Shown here piece by piece: positions 1-19,325 of a DNA stretch of 64,000 nucleotides. The first letter of the stretch is position 1. Every line of letters starts with the position of its first letter. Origin of the DNA: Macrostomum lignano (lineage: Eukaryota). Location of the stretch: positions 229,673-293,672 of the forward strand of contig NIVC01001413.1 of NCBI GenBank assembly GCA_002269645.1, read 5' to 3'. The notes under the pieces were generated by a model that did not search any database, was not told the DNA's origin, and worked only from the letters and a program-made list of their open reading frames with translations. The translations under genes and the position numbers were made by a program.

Positions 1-559
1 CAGTCCTAGGGCATAAAGGATTTCTTGGAATGCGTTAGTTGGGAGCCGCGTTTTAGGTGACCTCAAATGAAACCAATTTTTGTACGCCTCACTTGAGCCT
101 TAACAATCACAGATATTGCAGCAATATTTTTGCACTTCATTTTGTTTTTATTAATCAAATCCAGTGATCGCTTGACAAAGGCATTGCCGCCAGATTGGCT
201 TGTACAAATAATAGAAAATGATTAATTTCATGACAAAATTAGTGTCAGTAGTTACATGTAAATAACCAAAATTTTCCAAAGCAGTTCATGGGTAGACGTA
301 TACCGATTAGAACTTTCGGATGCAAAAGCATATAATAATTTGTGAACGCACGTCGGTGAGTGCAAAACAGCCTTGAGTTCGACAGTATTAGCAGCTTTGG
401 GTAGCTACTTGGTTTATGGGTTGGTCGCTCATTTACGAACCTATACAGTCAATTTGAGTCTATGCGGCTTAGAACAAGAGTTTGCACGAGTCAATGCAGG
501 AATCCAAAGCAGGTGCAGCACCCCCCCCCCCCAATGTGCATGGGGGGTGTGGCGGCAAA

Positions 560-783
560 GAAAATTGTCTGTTAACCTTGGCCTGTCTCTTCCACTGACG
601 GTGTCATTATTTATTGCCTTGATCAGGTTCGATCAAGCAAGAGCATTGTGTGAGCTAACCTCTTAATCCCGCTGTCTCTCCCCTACCCTTTCCCAATCAC
701 GTGGTTGTGGTCCCGGTTAGTTTCCACTCCCATATCCCGGATCAAACCGGTAATTTCCACTTAACCGCTCGGCCATACTGGCC
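560..783 (-). mobile_element. Degenerate tRNA-derived SINE-like element upstream of HAL
   Basis: Minus strand begins GGCCAGTATGGCCGAGCGGTTAAG (tRNA 5' end with A box), followed by GGTTTGATCCG (B-box-like). No complete cloverleaf; 3' boundary uncertain. Confidence 0.4.
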
Positions 784-938
784 TAAACACTTGGGCTGAC
801 TTGAGAGCCAATTCTTATTATAAAAGAAGCTTTTGCTCCCGATCCCCGGCTGACAAAACCCTGAAGACATTTGAAGTTAGCTGCCGGATAAACAAAAAAA
901 GTTTGTCGTCGGATTAAAAAAAGAGCACTGCGTGTGTT

Positions 939-3900
939 ATGAAGATTTTTGTCCGAGTACGAGCCGAATGGCTCACGGTGCCCGTTGCCAAGGAGACGGT
1001 CCGTTGGCTCGGAGAAGAAGCTGTTCGACGGTACAGCGCGCTGCAGCCGCCGTCGCACGTCAACAGACCTGAGAAAGTCTTCCAGATAAAGAAGACCAAG
1101 AATGGAGCAATTCTGCATCCTGAGGACAAGATTGTCTCTGTGCTGACCGATGAAGAGTACATCACTGTCAGTGAGTGAGCAGAACGCTATTGTGCAATCT
1201 TAGTAGCTGTTACGCCTCAGTGGATTCATTATGTAGTTATATGACTCGGGGTGTTCATTATGTAGTTTTATGATTACTTCATAAATTGAGTTTGAGGGAA
1301 ATCAAAAGCCTTTCCAGCTCGCACGTACAAGGCTGTGCGTCGTTTGAGATCGAATCCGTTTCTTTCAAATCGTGACTTACTTTGAATTAGCTTCAGGGGG
1401 TTCCGGGCATCCGGATACTGCGGGGAGGCGTCTACGCCCATTCCGCTGATCCCTGGCGACCACGGCAGCTGGTGCTGCGGTGACGCGCAGGGAGCTGATC
1501 CGGTGGTGCCGGACGTCCGTAGCGAGGTCCTCCTCCGGAGAGTCCATGGAGGTGGATGGTCGCACGACCGGTAGCTCTTAGGTAGTGGACGAGTATATTC
1601 TTTCAAATCTAATTAACGCTAAGATAATTGCAGTGAATTTTCGATTCGTATACTGCAAGTCAGTAGTTAATATTATTCCTAAACTCTGCGCTGCTTTGTT
1701 TAACCAATTGAATTGCTAAATATACAGTTTTAGAGAGCGACCTTCAGAGCAGTACAACAAACGTCAACATTTCTAGCGGGTTCGCGTGCGATGGCGATCC
1801 GCTTTACAGCAGCTCGTTGGCGTAAGTGATGTTTTTGTTAAACTTGAATGACAGGTGGCACATCTCTATGCCTATTTTTTGAAAGAAATTCGCATTGCAA
1901 TGCTTTAAATTGCTTAATTTTCAGCTCTGCACCCCACGTTCATCACATGTCTCCAGTAGAATCTCTGGTACTCGATGGCAACAGCTTGACAACTAAACAC
2001 CTAGTACAGCTGGGTAGGGGAAAGTACAGGATTGAGGTAAGATTTTGATGGTGATTTGTTTGCAAGCACTTCGGAAAACTCTTCAGAATTGTATTTATTG
2101 TACGCATTTTAGCTTTCGGAAGAAGCTTGGGCCGCTGTGTCCGCCGCTAGGGCTGTTGTAGACGAAATCGTTGCAACAAATCAAAGTAGGTCGACTTTGA
2201 AATTGCACACTAAAGTTCCCCAAATACTTTAATAAAATACCGGGAAAACGCTAAAAAACCCGTTTATTCGATTGCAGCTGTCTATGGAGTCACCACAGGA
2301 TTTGGCCGATTCGCGAGCGTTGTGATTGAGAAAGAAAAGCTTCAGGTACACTATATGATGCTGAGTTATGGCTAACCGACCTTTGAACTTGTAAATTTGA
2401 AATGGATTTTGTCTATTCATTTTTATTGGGGAGTTATTTTTACGTTAAGACAGACACGAGGCAGTACAATTTTGGGTTTGAATCGTCCTTAGAGAAGGAA
2501 AAAATGACATCCCTTTACTGCTATACGTACTTGAATAGTGTCGTGAATGAATTTTAAATTCAAGAAGAAATATATAATTGCTGACAGGAGCTGCAGGAGA
2601 ATTTGATCCGCTCTCACGCTGCCGGTGTCGGCAAGCCGCTCTCTCCGGAGCGCACCAGAATGCTGCTCTCGTTGCGCATCAACATCCTGGCCAAGGGGTT
2701 CAGCGGCATCTCGCCGGAGACTCTGCAGAAGCTGGTCGACGCGTTCAACGCCTCCTGCCTGCCGTGGGTTCCCGAGCAGGGCACTGTTGGCGCCTCCGGC
2801 GATCTGGCGCCGCTGAGCCACCTGGCTCTAGGCATGCTGGGCGAAGGCATCATGTGGAGTCCGAAAAGCGGCTGGGCCGATGCCCGGTTCGTTCTGGAGG
2901 CAAACGGCTTGACACCGCTGAGGCTGAAACCGAAGGAAGGCCTGGCTCTGATCAATGGCACTCAGCTTATTACGTCGCTAGGGGCTGAAGGTGAGCCAAG
3001 TAGAGACCAGCAGTAAAGAGACCAGCAGTTCTGTTCATTTTGCTGACCCTATTTAACCCCGTTTAGCGCTTTGCATTCTCTAGAGCACAAATAAATGCAC
3101 TGCAGATACATAAATATAGCATGCAGCTGATTTCTAATAAAGTTGAGCGTGGCGTCCTTCTACGAGCTACTTCAGTTGTCAATGGTAGAGAGACCTTGCA
3201 TTTCACATCTTCCGACAGGTACACAGGCTGTGTGCCTTAAGGGTTGACCTTAGCACGAGATTCAGACGCATTATCCTTTCCCGCATTGAGTCTTATAAAA
3301 TCAAACATTATTTTAATTAGCTAAAAATATAGCACAGCTGCTCATGGTTTGAGCTAAGAGGATTTTCCTTTTTCTCTTAAACTCCAGCGGTTGAACGTTG
3401 CGAGGCCATCGCCCGTCAGGCGGACGTGGTGGCAGCTCTGTCACTTGAAGTGCTTAAAGGCACGAGTCGAGCATTCGATTCGGACATTCACGCCGTCCGC
3501 CGTCACCCCGGCCAAGTGGAAGTGGCTGGAAGATTTCGCGCTCTGCTGAGCAACCACGTGTTCAAATCTGAGATTGCCGCCTCGCACAGATTCTGCAACA
3601 AAGTGCAAGACGCCTATACACTGCGCTGCTGCCCTCAGGTGCACGGAATTACCCAGGATACCATACAGTTTGCGCACAACATCATTCTTACCGAGCTTAA
3701 CAGCGCGACTGATAATCCGGTTAGTGAACTGGGTGAACACTTTTCACTTTATTTGATCTAGGCGATGAGGTTCTGTCGGGTATAAAAGATTCCCGAAGAA
3801 TCCCTGATTTCTTTCCGGTAGCATGTAGCGTCCCTTTTCTTTAGTTGTCCATGGTTATTTGATTTACCAACTTTGACTGTACTCAGGGACTAGAAGTTTG

Positions 3901-6900
3901 CTTAGCGACAGGTTTTTATTAACGAAAACTCTAGACTGCGAGTGGTAACAACAGTGATCTACGGGATCTACAAAACAACAGTAACCATACCTTATGGAGA
4001 CAAGTAACTGTAGTAAGTTGTCTTGGTACAAACGTACTCAATACACACACTCGCCCAAAATCCAGGAACAACTTTAACCCAAACTCACTGCACCACAAAA
4101 CTCATCCATAACTTTACTCCGGCAGATGGTCCTTGCCAGTCGAGGCGAAATCATTTCCGCTGGTAATTTTCACGGCGAATATCCGGCTAAAGCCTTGGAT
4201 TACCTCGCCATTGGGGTGCACGAGCTGGCCAACATCTCTGAGAGGCGAACCGAGAGACTCATGAATCCCAGTAAGTTCAACTGTGATTGCATGAAAGTCA
4301 GCTAACACGTTTGGTCATGGAGCAGCGTGACGAAATACTAAGTTAAACTATTTTAGCCTACAGCGGACTGCCCGCCTTTCTGGTTAAGGACGGAGGCCTG
4401 AATTCCGGCTTCATGATAGCCCACTGCACTGCTGCGTCTTTAAGTAAGTCAGTCCGCGTCCTAACCTTAAAACTCAAACAAACCTAAAAAATGCCTACAA
4501 TAGTTGAGGTCCATGAAAACTGGCTGTGAAACTAAATCCTAAAGGTAGCCTAAACCCTAGACTTAATTGTCGGCAGCCAAATCCTACATGTTGATCCTTG
4601 ACACACTGAGGTCCCTATTTACCTCACACTTGATACTAGCTGAATTGAAAACGAACTGGTGATCAGGGTCTCGTATAGACTCAAAGCTAATTAATAAAGA
4701 CAAAAAACACAAGAGATTGACAGACAAAATACACGAGGAGAGACAGACAAAATACACGAGGAGAGACAGACAAAATACACGAGGAGAGACAGACAAAATA
4801 CACGAGGAGAGACAGACAAAATACACGAGGAGAGACAGACAAAAGACACGGGGAGAGACAGACAAAGGACATGGGGAGAGACAGACAAAATACACGGGGA
4901 GAGACAGACAAAAGACACGGGGAGAGACAGACAAAAGACACGGGGAGAGACAGACAAAATACACGGGGAGAGACAGACAAAATACACGAGGAGAGACAGA
5001 CAAAATACACGAGGAGAGACAGACAAAAGACACGGGGAGAGACAGACAAAATACACGGGGAGAGACAGACAAAATACACGGGGAGAGACAGACAAAGGAC
5101 ATGGGGAGAGACAGACAAAAGACACGGGGAGAGACAGACAAAAGACACGGGGAGAGACAGACAAAAGACACGGGGAGAGACAGACAAAGGACATGGGGAG
5201 AGACAGACAAAAGACACGGGGAGAGACAGACAATAGACACGGGGAGAGAGACAGACGAAAGACATGAGGAGAGACAGACAAAGGACATGGGAAGAGACAG
5301 ACATAATACACGGGGAGAGATAGACAAAAGACACGGGGAGAGAGACAGACGAAAGAGATGGGGAGGGACTGACAAAAGACACGGGGAGAGACAGACGAAA
5401 TACACGGGGAGAGACAGACAAAAGACACGGGGAGAGACAGACAAAAGACACGGGGAGAGACAGACAATAGACACGGGGAGAGAGACAGACGAAAGACACG
5501 GGGAGAGACAGACAAAGGACATGGGGAGGGACTGACAAAAGACACGGGGAGAGACAGACGAAATACACGGGGAGAGACAGACAAAAGACACGGGGAGAGA
5601 CAGACAAAAGACACGGGGAGAGACAGACAAAAGACACGGGGAGAGAGACAGACGAAAGACATGGGGAGGGACTGACAAAAGACACGGGGAGAGACAGACG
5701 AAAGACACGGGGAGAGACAGACAATAGACACGGGGAGAGACAGACAAAATACACGGGGAGAGACAGACAAAAGACACGGGGAGAGACAGACAAAAGACAC
5801 GGGGAGAGAGACAGATGAAAGACATGGGGAGGGACTGACAAAAGACACGGGGAGAGACAGACGAAAGACACGGGGAGAGACAGACAAAAGACACGGGGAG
5901 AGACAGACAAAATACACGGGGAGAGACAGACAAAAGACACGGGGAGAGACAGACGAAAGACACGGGGAGAGACAGACAATAGACACGGGGAGAGACAGAC
6001 AAAAGACACGGGGAGAGACAGACAAATACACGGGGAGAGACAGACAAAAGACACGGGGAGAGACAGACAAAAGACACGGGGAGAGACAGACAAAAGACAC
6101 GGGGAGAGACAGACAAAAGACACGGGGAGAGACAGACAAAATACACGGGGAGAGAGACAAAATACACGGGGAGAGACAGACAAAAGACACGGGGAGAGAC
6201 AGACGAAAGACACGGGGAGAGACAGACAATAGACACGGGGAGAGACAGACAAAATACACGGGGAGAGACAGACAAAAGACACGGGGAGAGACAGACAAAA
6301 GACACGGGGAGAGACAGACAAAAGACACGGGGAGAGAGACAGACGAAAGACATGGGGAGGGACTGACAAAAGACACGGGGAGAGACAGACGAAAGACACG
6401 GGGAGAGACAGACAATAGACACGGGGAGAGACAGACAAAAGACACGGGGAGAGACAGACAAATACACGGGGAGAGACAGACAAAAGACACGGGGAGAGAC
6501 AGACAAAAGACACGGGGAGAGACAGACAAAAGACACGGGGAGAGACAGACAAAAGACACGGGGAGAGACAGACAAAATACACGGGGAGAGAGACAAAATA
6601 CACGGGGAGAGACAGACAAAAGACACGGGGAGAGACAGACAATAGACACGGGGAGAGAGACAGACGAAAGACACGGGGAGAGACAGACAAAGGACATGGG
6701 GAGGGACTGACAAAAGACACGGGGAGAGACAGACGAAATACACGGGGAGAGACAGACAAAAGACACGGGGAGAGACAGACAAAATACACGGGGAGAGACA
6801 GACAAAATACACGGGGAGAGACAGACAAAATACACGGGGAGAGACAGACAAAAGACACGGGGAGAGACAGACGAAAGACATGGGGAGGGACTGACAAAAG

Positions 6901-7894
6901 ACACGGGGAGAGACAGACAAAAGACACTGGGAGAGACAGACAAAAGACACGGGGAGAGACAGACAAAAGACACGGGGAGAGACAGACAAAATACACGGGG
7001 AGAGACAGACAAAAGACACGGGGAGAGACAGACAAAAGACACGGGGAGAGACAGACAAAATACACGGGGAGAGACAGACAAAATACACGGGGAGAGACAG
7101 ACAATAGACACGGGGAGAGACAGACAAAATACACGGGGAGAGACAGACAAAATACACGGGGAGAGACAGACAAAATACACGGGGAGAGACAGACAAAAGA
7201 CACGGGGAGAGACAGACAAAAGACACGGGGAAAGTCAAGGGAGAGAGACAATACAACGATGTAAAAACCCATTTTAAACCGGCAAAAATCTTTCATTCAA
7301 TATGCAACCAATTCATTTTCTTCTACACTCGCCACAACAGCCTCTGAGAACAAGGTGCTGTGCCATCCGTCCAGCGTGGACTCACTATCCACCAGCGCCG
7401 GACAGGAAGACCACGTCAGCATGGGCGGCTTCTCCGCTCGCAAGAGTCTACGCGTTGTTGAACACGTCGAACAAGTACTGGCCATCGAGCTCCTAGCGGC
7501 TTGCCAGGCCATGGAGTTCCTGCGTCCGTTGAAAACCACCGCACCCCTTGAGGCGGTTTACCGCCTAGTCCGAGAAAAGGTGCCAGCCTGGGAGCGCGAC
7601 CGCTACATGGCGCCAGACATTGTTGCCGCCACGGCGCTACTCCGCAGCGAGAAAGTCTGGCAGACGGTGGCGCCGTACATTGCCGAATACGAGAGCCTGG
7701 TGACTGACGAGATGCGGCCAACCAGCCCGACAGCTTTCTGCATCGGCCAGCAACGGAAGCGACTGACATCGGCTAGCAACGGATCGCCGACAGAGATTCC
7801 ACCGACTGTACCCACTGCTGCTGCAGCGTCTGGCGCCTCGACAATTTCGCCAGTGCCAACCTCGCCTGTGAGCAAGCGCTCCAGGCTACAGTGA
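939..7894 (+). CDS. HAL: Histidine ammonia-lyase (histidase), 10 exons, about 699 aa
   Basis: Exons joined by hand with GT-AG sites in phase: 939-1170, 1728-1821, 1925-2036, 2113-2185, 2278-2345, 2588-2990, 3388-3719, 4126-4270, 4357-4443, 7341-7894 (2100 nt). Motifs: [31 protein letters not shown] (MIO-forming Ala-Ser-Gly), [38 protein letters not shown]. Has the metazoan N-terminal extension ([24 protein letters not shown]). Confidence 0.97.
4719..7230. repeat. 23-bp minisatellite (CACGGGGAGAGACAGACAAAAGA)n filling HAL intron 9
   Basis: Period 23 read directly (e.g. 4893 to 4916); about 109 copies; explains the stop-free ORFs at 4584-7296. Confidence 0.97.
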
Positions 7895-8539
7895 GCAACG
7901 CATCGCGTGTCTTCCTAATGCTTGAACTTCGTTTGAACTATCGACTTTTTCAAATAATATTAAGTGCAATGTTACAAAAAGGGTACTTGTTAACTTCGAA
8001 CTGATTTTCCTTAAAGACGGTATTTGATTTTTCATACTCGAAGAGGCGTAACTAACTGTGTATTGATTTTTATGCAGAAAAATATCTTGGAGTTCATTCA
8101 GACGAGGGTCAAAGATAAATGAATCTCATGGATTTCTGATAAGTCCATACTGCATGAGCTGATGCTGGAGTATGAAATTCTTGTCTACCTGTTCTTGTCA
8201 AAGCTTTATCTAATTTAATTTAATAATCAACAAACGTACGTAACTAATGACCGGACTGACGATTCACTGGCTAAAACTTTTAGCAACTTTCGGTGACGGT
8301 TATTTATGAATCTTTGGTGATTTGTGTCTTCCTTTTTGGTTTCAATTTTGGTTTTAGTTTTGTATTGCTCAACGCGCTCAGGTATAAGTGCAATACTTGT
8401 ACGCACAAATATACTCAGCAGAGAAAGCGTACATATTAATATTGCTGGGTCTTTTGTTATTTCGGTAAACACGTTTGTGATGGTAAATTTTAAGACAGCA
8501 GACTATTGTACAGTAGGTACAAGCTAAACTGACTGGGGG

Positions 8540-8793
8540 AAACTGGTTTTCAATTGGTAGATTGACTGCGGAAACTGGTGTACAGTTGGTAGATTGACTG
8601 CGGAAACTGGTGTACAGTTGGTAGATTGACTGCGGAACTGGTGTACAGTTGGTAGATTGACTGCGGAAACTGGTGTACAGTGGGTAGATTGACTGCGGAA
8701 ACTGGTGTACAGTTGGTAGATTGACTGCGGAAACTGGTGTACAGTTGGTAGATTGACTGCGGAAACAGGTTTACACTGTACAGTTGGTAGATA
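8540..8793. repeat. 32-bp tandem repeat (AACTGGTGTACAGTTGGTAGATTGACTGCGGA), about 8 copies
   Basis: Period 32 (8573 to 8605); lies between two convergent genes. Confidence 0.95.
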
Positions 8794-9198
8794 TATTGAC
8801 CTAAATTTATAGAAATTCTTTAGAAAAACGGAAAAATATCTTTACAATTTTGAAATAATCGTAATTAAGCTAAATTTTGTTATTTTATTTTTCGGAAGCA
8901 ATTCAAAACATTTCGCAAATGATCGATGTATAGTGAGTGCATCGCAAAATTTTAACATTAATCAACAACAGGTAAAAAAATCTGACAATGAGCACTTTGC
9001 GAAGACTTCAGTAAAATTTTGTTAGTCCTTGAAACGTCCTTGAAATGATTTAAATAGGAATTAAGCTACAGGTAAAAGAAGACATGCTGGAAAGCGTTTC
9101 TCGATAACTAAACGACAATTAAAAGGTATAAAGTTTTACACAGTGATTAGCCTTAAAGTGTATCATCAGTCAAACTGAGAAGTATGTACTTTTAGTTT

Positions 9199-17128
<7,930 letters not shown>

Positions 17129-17723
17129 GCTTGTTTCTCTCTGGTACTGTTGAAATTTCTCCTTGTTTGGATCAGCCAGAAAAGCGCGGGTTCTTTCCTT
17201 AGGAAACCTGGAATTAAAAAGCAGAAATTCGAATATAGATTTGAGCACAGTTGATCTCGCGAGGTCAGTGACCAGTTGCTACCCAGAGATTAGATTCTGG
17301 AAAAAAAACTCCTGGTGGCAGTCTGCGCCAAGCCTGCTAGAAAGATTTTTATCAGTCAACTTTCTCATTTCGCTGCCAGAACCAGAAGAAGAGAGAAAGG
17401 CAGCGCGTCGGAACAGAAAGAGGCGAAAGGCAGCGCGTTGGAGGCGAAAGTTCGCCCCCAGATAAGATAGAGGCTCGCCCGCCTTTGCCAGAGCCTCGAA
17501 CTGCGTGACTGGCTTATCTTTGTCGCTTTCAACTTTCTACTCAGTTTCTAAGAGAAGCTCTGTAATAAGCTTGCTGGCGTGTAGAGCACTCAAAGCAATA
17601 TTGGGATGAGCTCGCTTCCATTGAACTATCACTGTTTAAACAGGTGTGTTCACAGACTGGCAACACTGATTCCTCTGCCTCACGGTTTTTTTCCTTTTCT
17701 TCCATTGCCATCTTAAGGGGGGA

Positions 17724-18960
17724 GCGCCAGCACCAAGGGGCTTTAGCACCAAGGGGCTTTAGCACCAAGGGGCTTTAGCACCAAGGGCTTTAGCACCAAG
17801 GGGCTTTAGCACCAAGGGGCGCCAGCACCAAGGGGCGCCAGCACCAAGGGGCGCCAGCACCAAGGGGCGCCAGCACCAAGGGGCTTTAGCACCAAGGGGC
17901 TTTAGCACCAAGGGGCGCCAGCACCAAGGGGCGCCAGCACCAAGGGGCGCCAGCACCAAGGGGCTTTAGCACCAAGGGGCGCCAGCACCAAGGGGCTTTA
18001 GCACCAAGGGGCTTTAGCACCAAGGGGCTTTAGCACCAAGGGGCTTTAGCACCAAGGGGCTTTAGCACCAAGGGGCTTTAGCACCAAGGGGCTTTAGCAC
18101 CAAGGGGCTTTAGCACCAAGGGGCTTTAGCACCAAGGGGCTTTAGCACCAAGGGGCTTTAGCACCAAGGGGCTTTAGCACCAAGGGGCTTTAGCACCAAG
18201 GGGCGCCAGCACCAAGGGGCTTTAGCACCAAGGGGCTTTAGCACCAAGGGGCTTTAGCACCAAGGGGCGCCAGCACCAAGGGGCTTTAGCACCAAGGGGC
18301 TTTAGCACCAAGGGGCGCCAGCACCAAGGGGCTTTAGCACCAAGGGGCTTTAGCACCAAGGGGCTTTAGCACCAAGGGGCTTTAGCACCAAGGGGCGCCA
18401 GCACCAAGGGGCGCCAGCACCAAGGGGCGCCAGCACCAAGGGGCGCCAGCACCAAGGGGCGCCAGCACCAAGGGGCGCCAGCACCAAGGGGCGCCAGCAC
18501 CAAGGGGCGCCAGCACCAAGGGGCGCCAGCACCAAGGGGCGCCAGCACCAAGGGGCGCCAGCACCAAGGGGCGCCAGCACCAAGGGGCGCCAGCACCAAG
18601 GGGCGCCAGCACCAAGGGGCGCCAGCACCAAGGGGCGCCAGCACCAAGGGGCGCCAGCACCAAGGGGCGCCAGCACCAAGGGGCGCCAGCACCAAGGGGC
18701 GCCAGCACCAAGGGGCGCCAGCACCAAGGGGCGCCAGCACCAAGGGGCGCCAGCACCAAGGGGCGCCAGCACCAAGGGGCGCCAGCACCAAGGGGCGCCA
18801 GCACCAAGGGGCGCCAGCACCAAGGGGCGCCAGCACCAAGGGGCGCCAGCACCAAGGGGCGCCAGCACCAAGGGGCGCCAGCACCAAGGGGCGCCAGCAC
18901 CAAGGGGCGCCAGCACCAAGGGGCGCCAGCACCACGGGGCGCCAGCACCAAGGGGCGCCA
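17724..18960. repeat. 16-bp minisatellite (GCACCAAGGGGCGCCA / GCACCAAGGGGCTTTA)
   Basis: About 77 copies, with two variants partly segregated into blocks. Confidence 0.97.
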
Positions 18961-19325
18961 GACTTGCAGTGAAGCTCCACTGTCTAGAAATAAATCGTAT
19001 TACGCAATTCACCCTTTGAACATCAGTTTGATCTAAAAGTAGATAAAAAACTTTAGTATGGCCGCGCAGTATACATGTATTGTCGATGTTTACTTTAAAA
19101 ACAGACCTTTTGGATTTGCAACCGTCAATCAAAGAGCAAGCAAGCGACTAAAAAAATACAACCCAACAGTTTGAGTAGTTTTGACACTTTTGAACAAAAA
19201 TTTACAATAAAAAACATATGAAAAAAACGAAATATAAAGGTGCTGTATAGAAGTGGCAATGTGCATGCAAGTAACTAAATAATTAACGTCGAGTAACAAC
19301 GGCACAGAGATGGCAATCTGCCAGT

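Noticed and set aside
4584-7296. ORFs of 840-890 aa in three frames
   Set aside because: Translations of a 23-bp repeat without stop codons, inside a HAL intron. The same applies to repeat-borne ORFs at 9390-10040, 13619-14395, 17759-19132, 24777-26293, 28596-29675, 33339-34524, 39996-40469 and 45931-47641.
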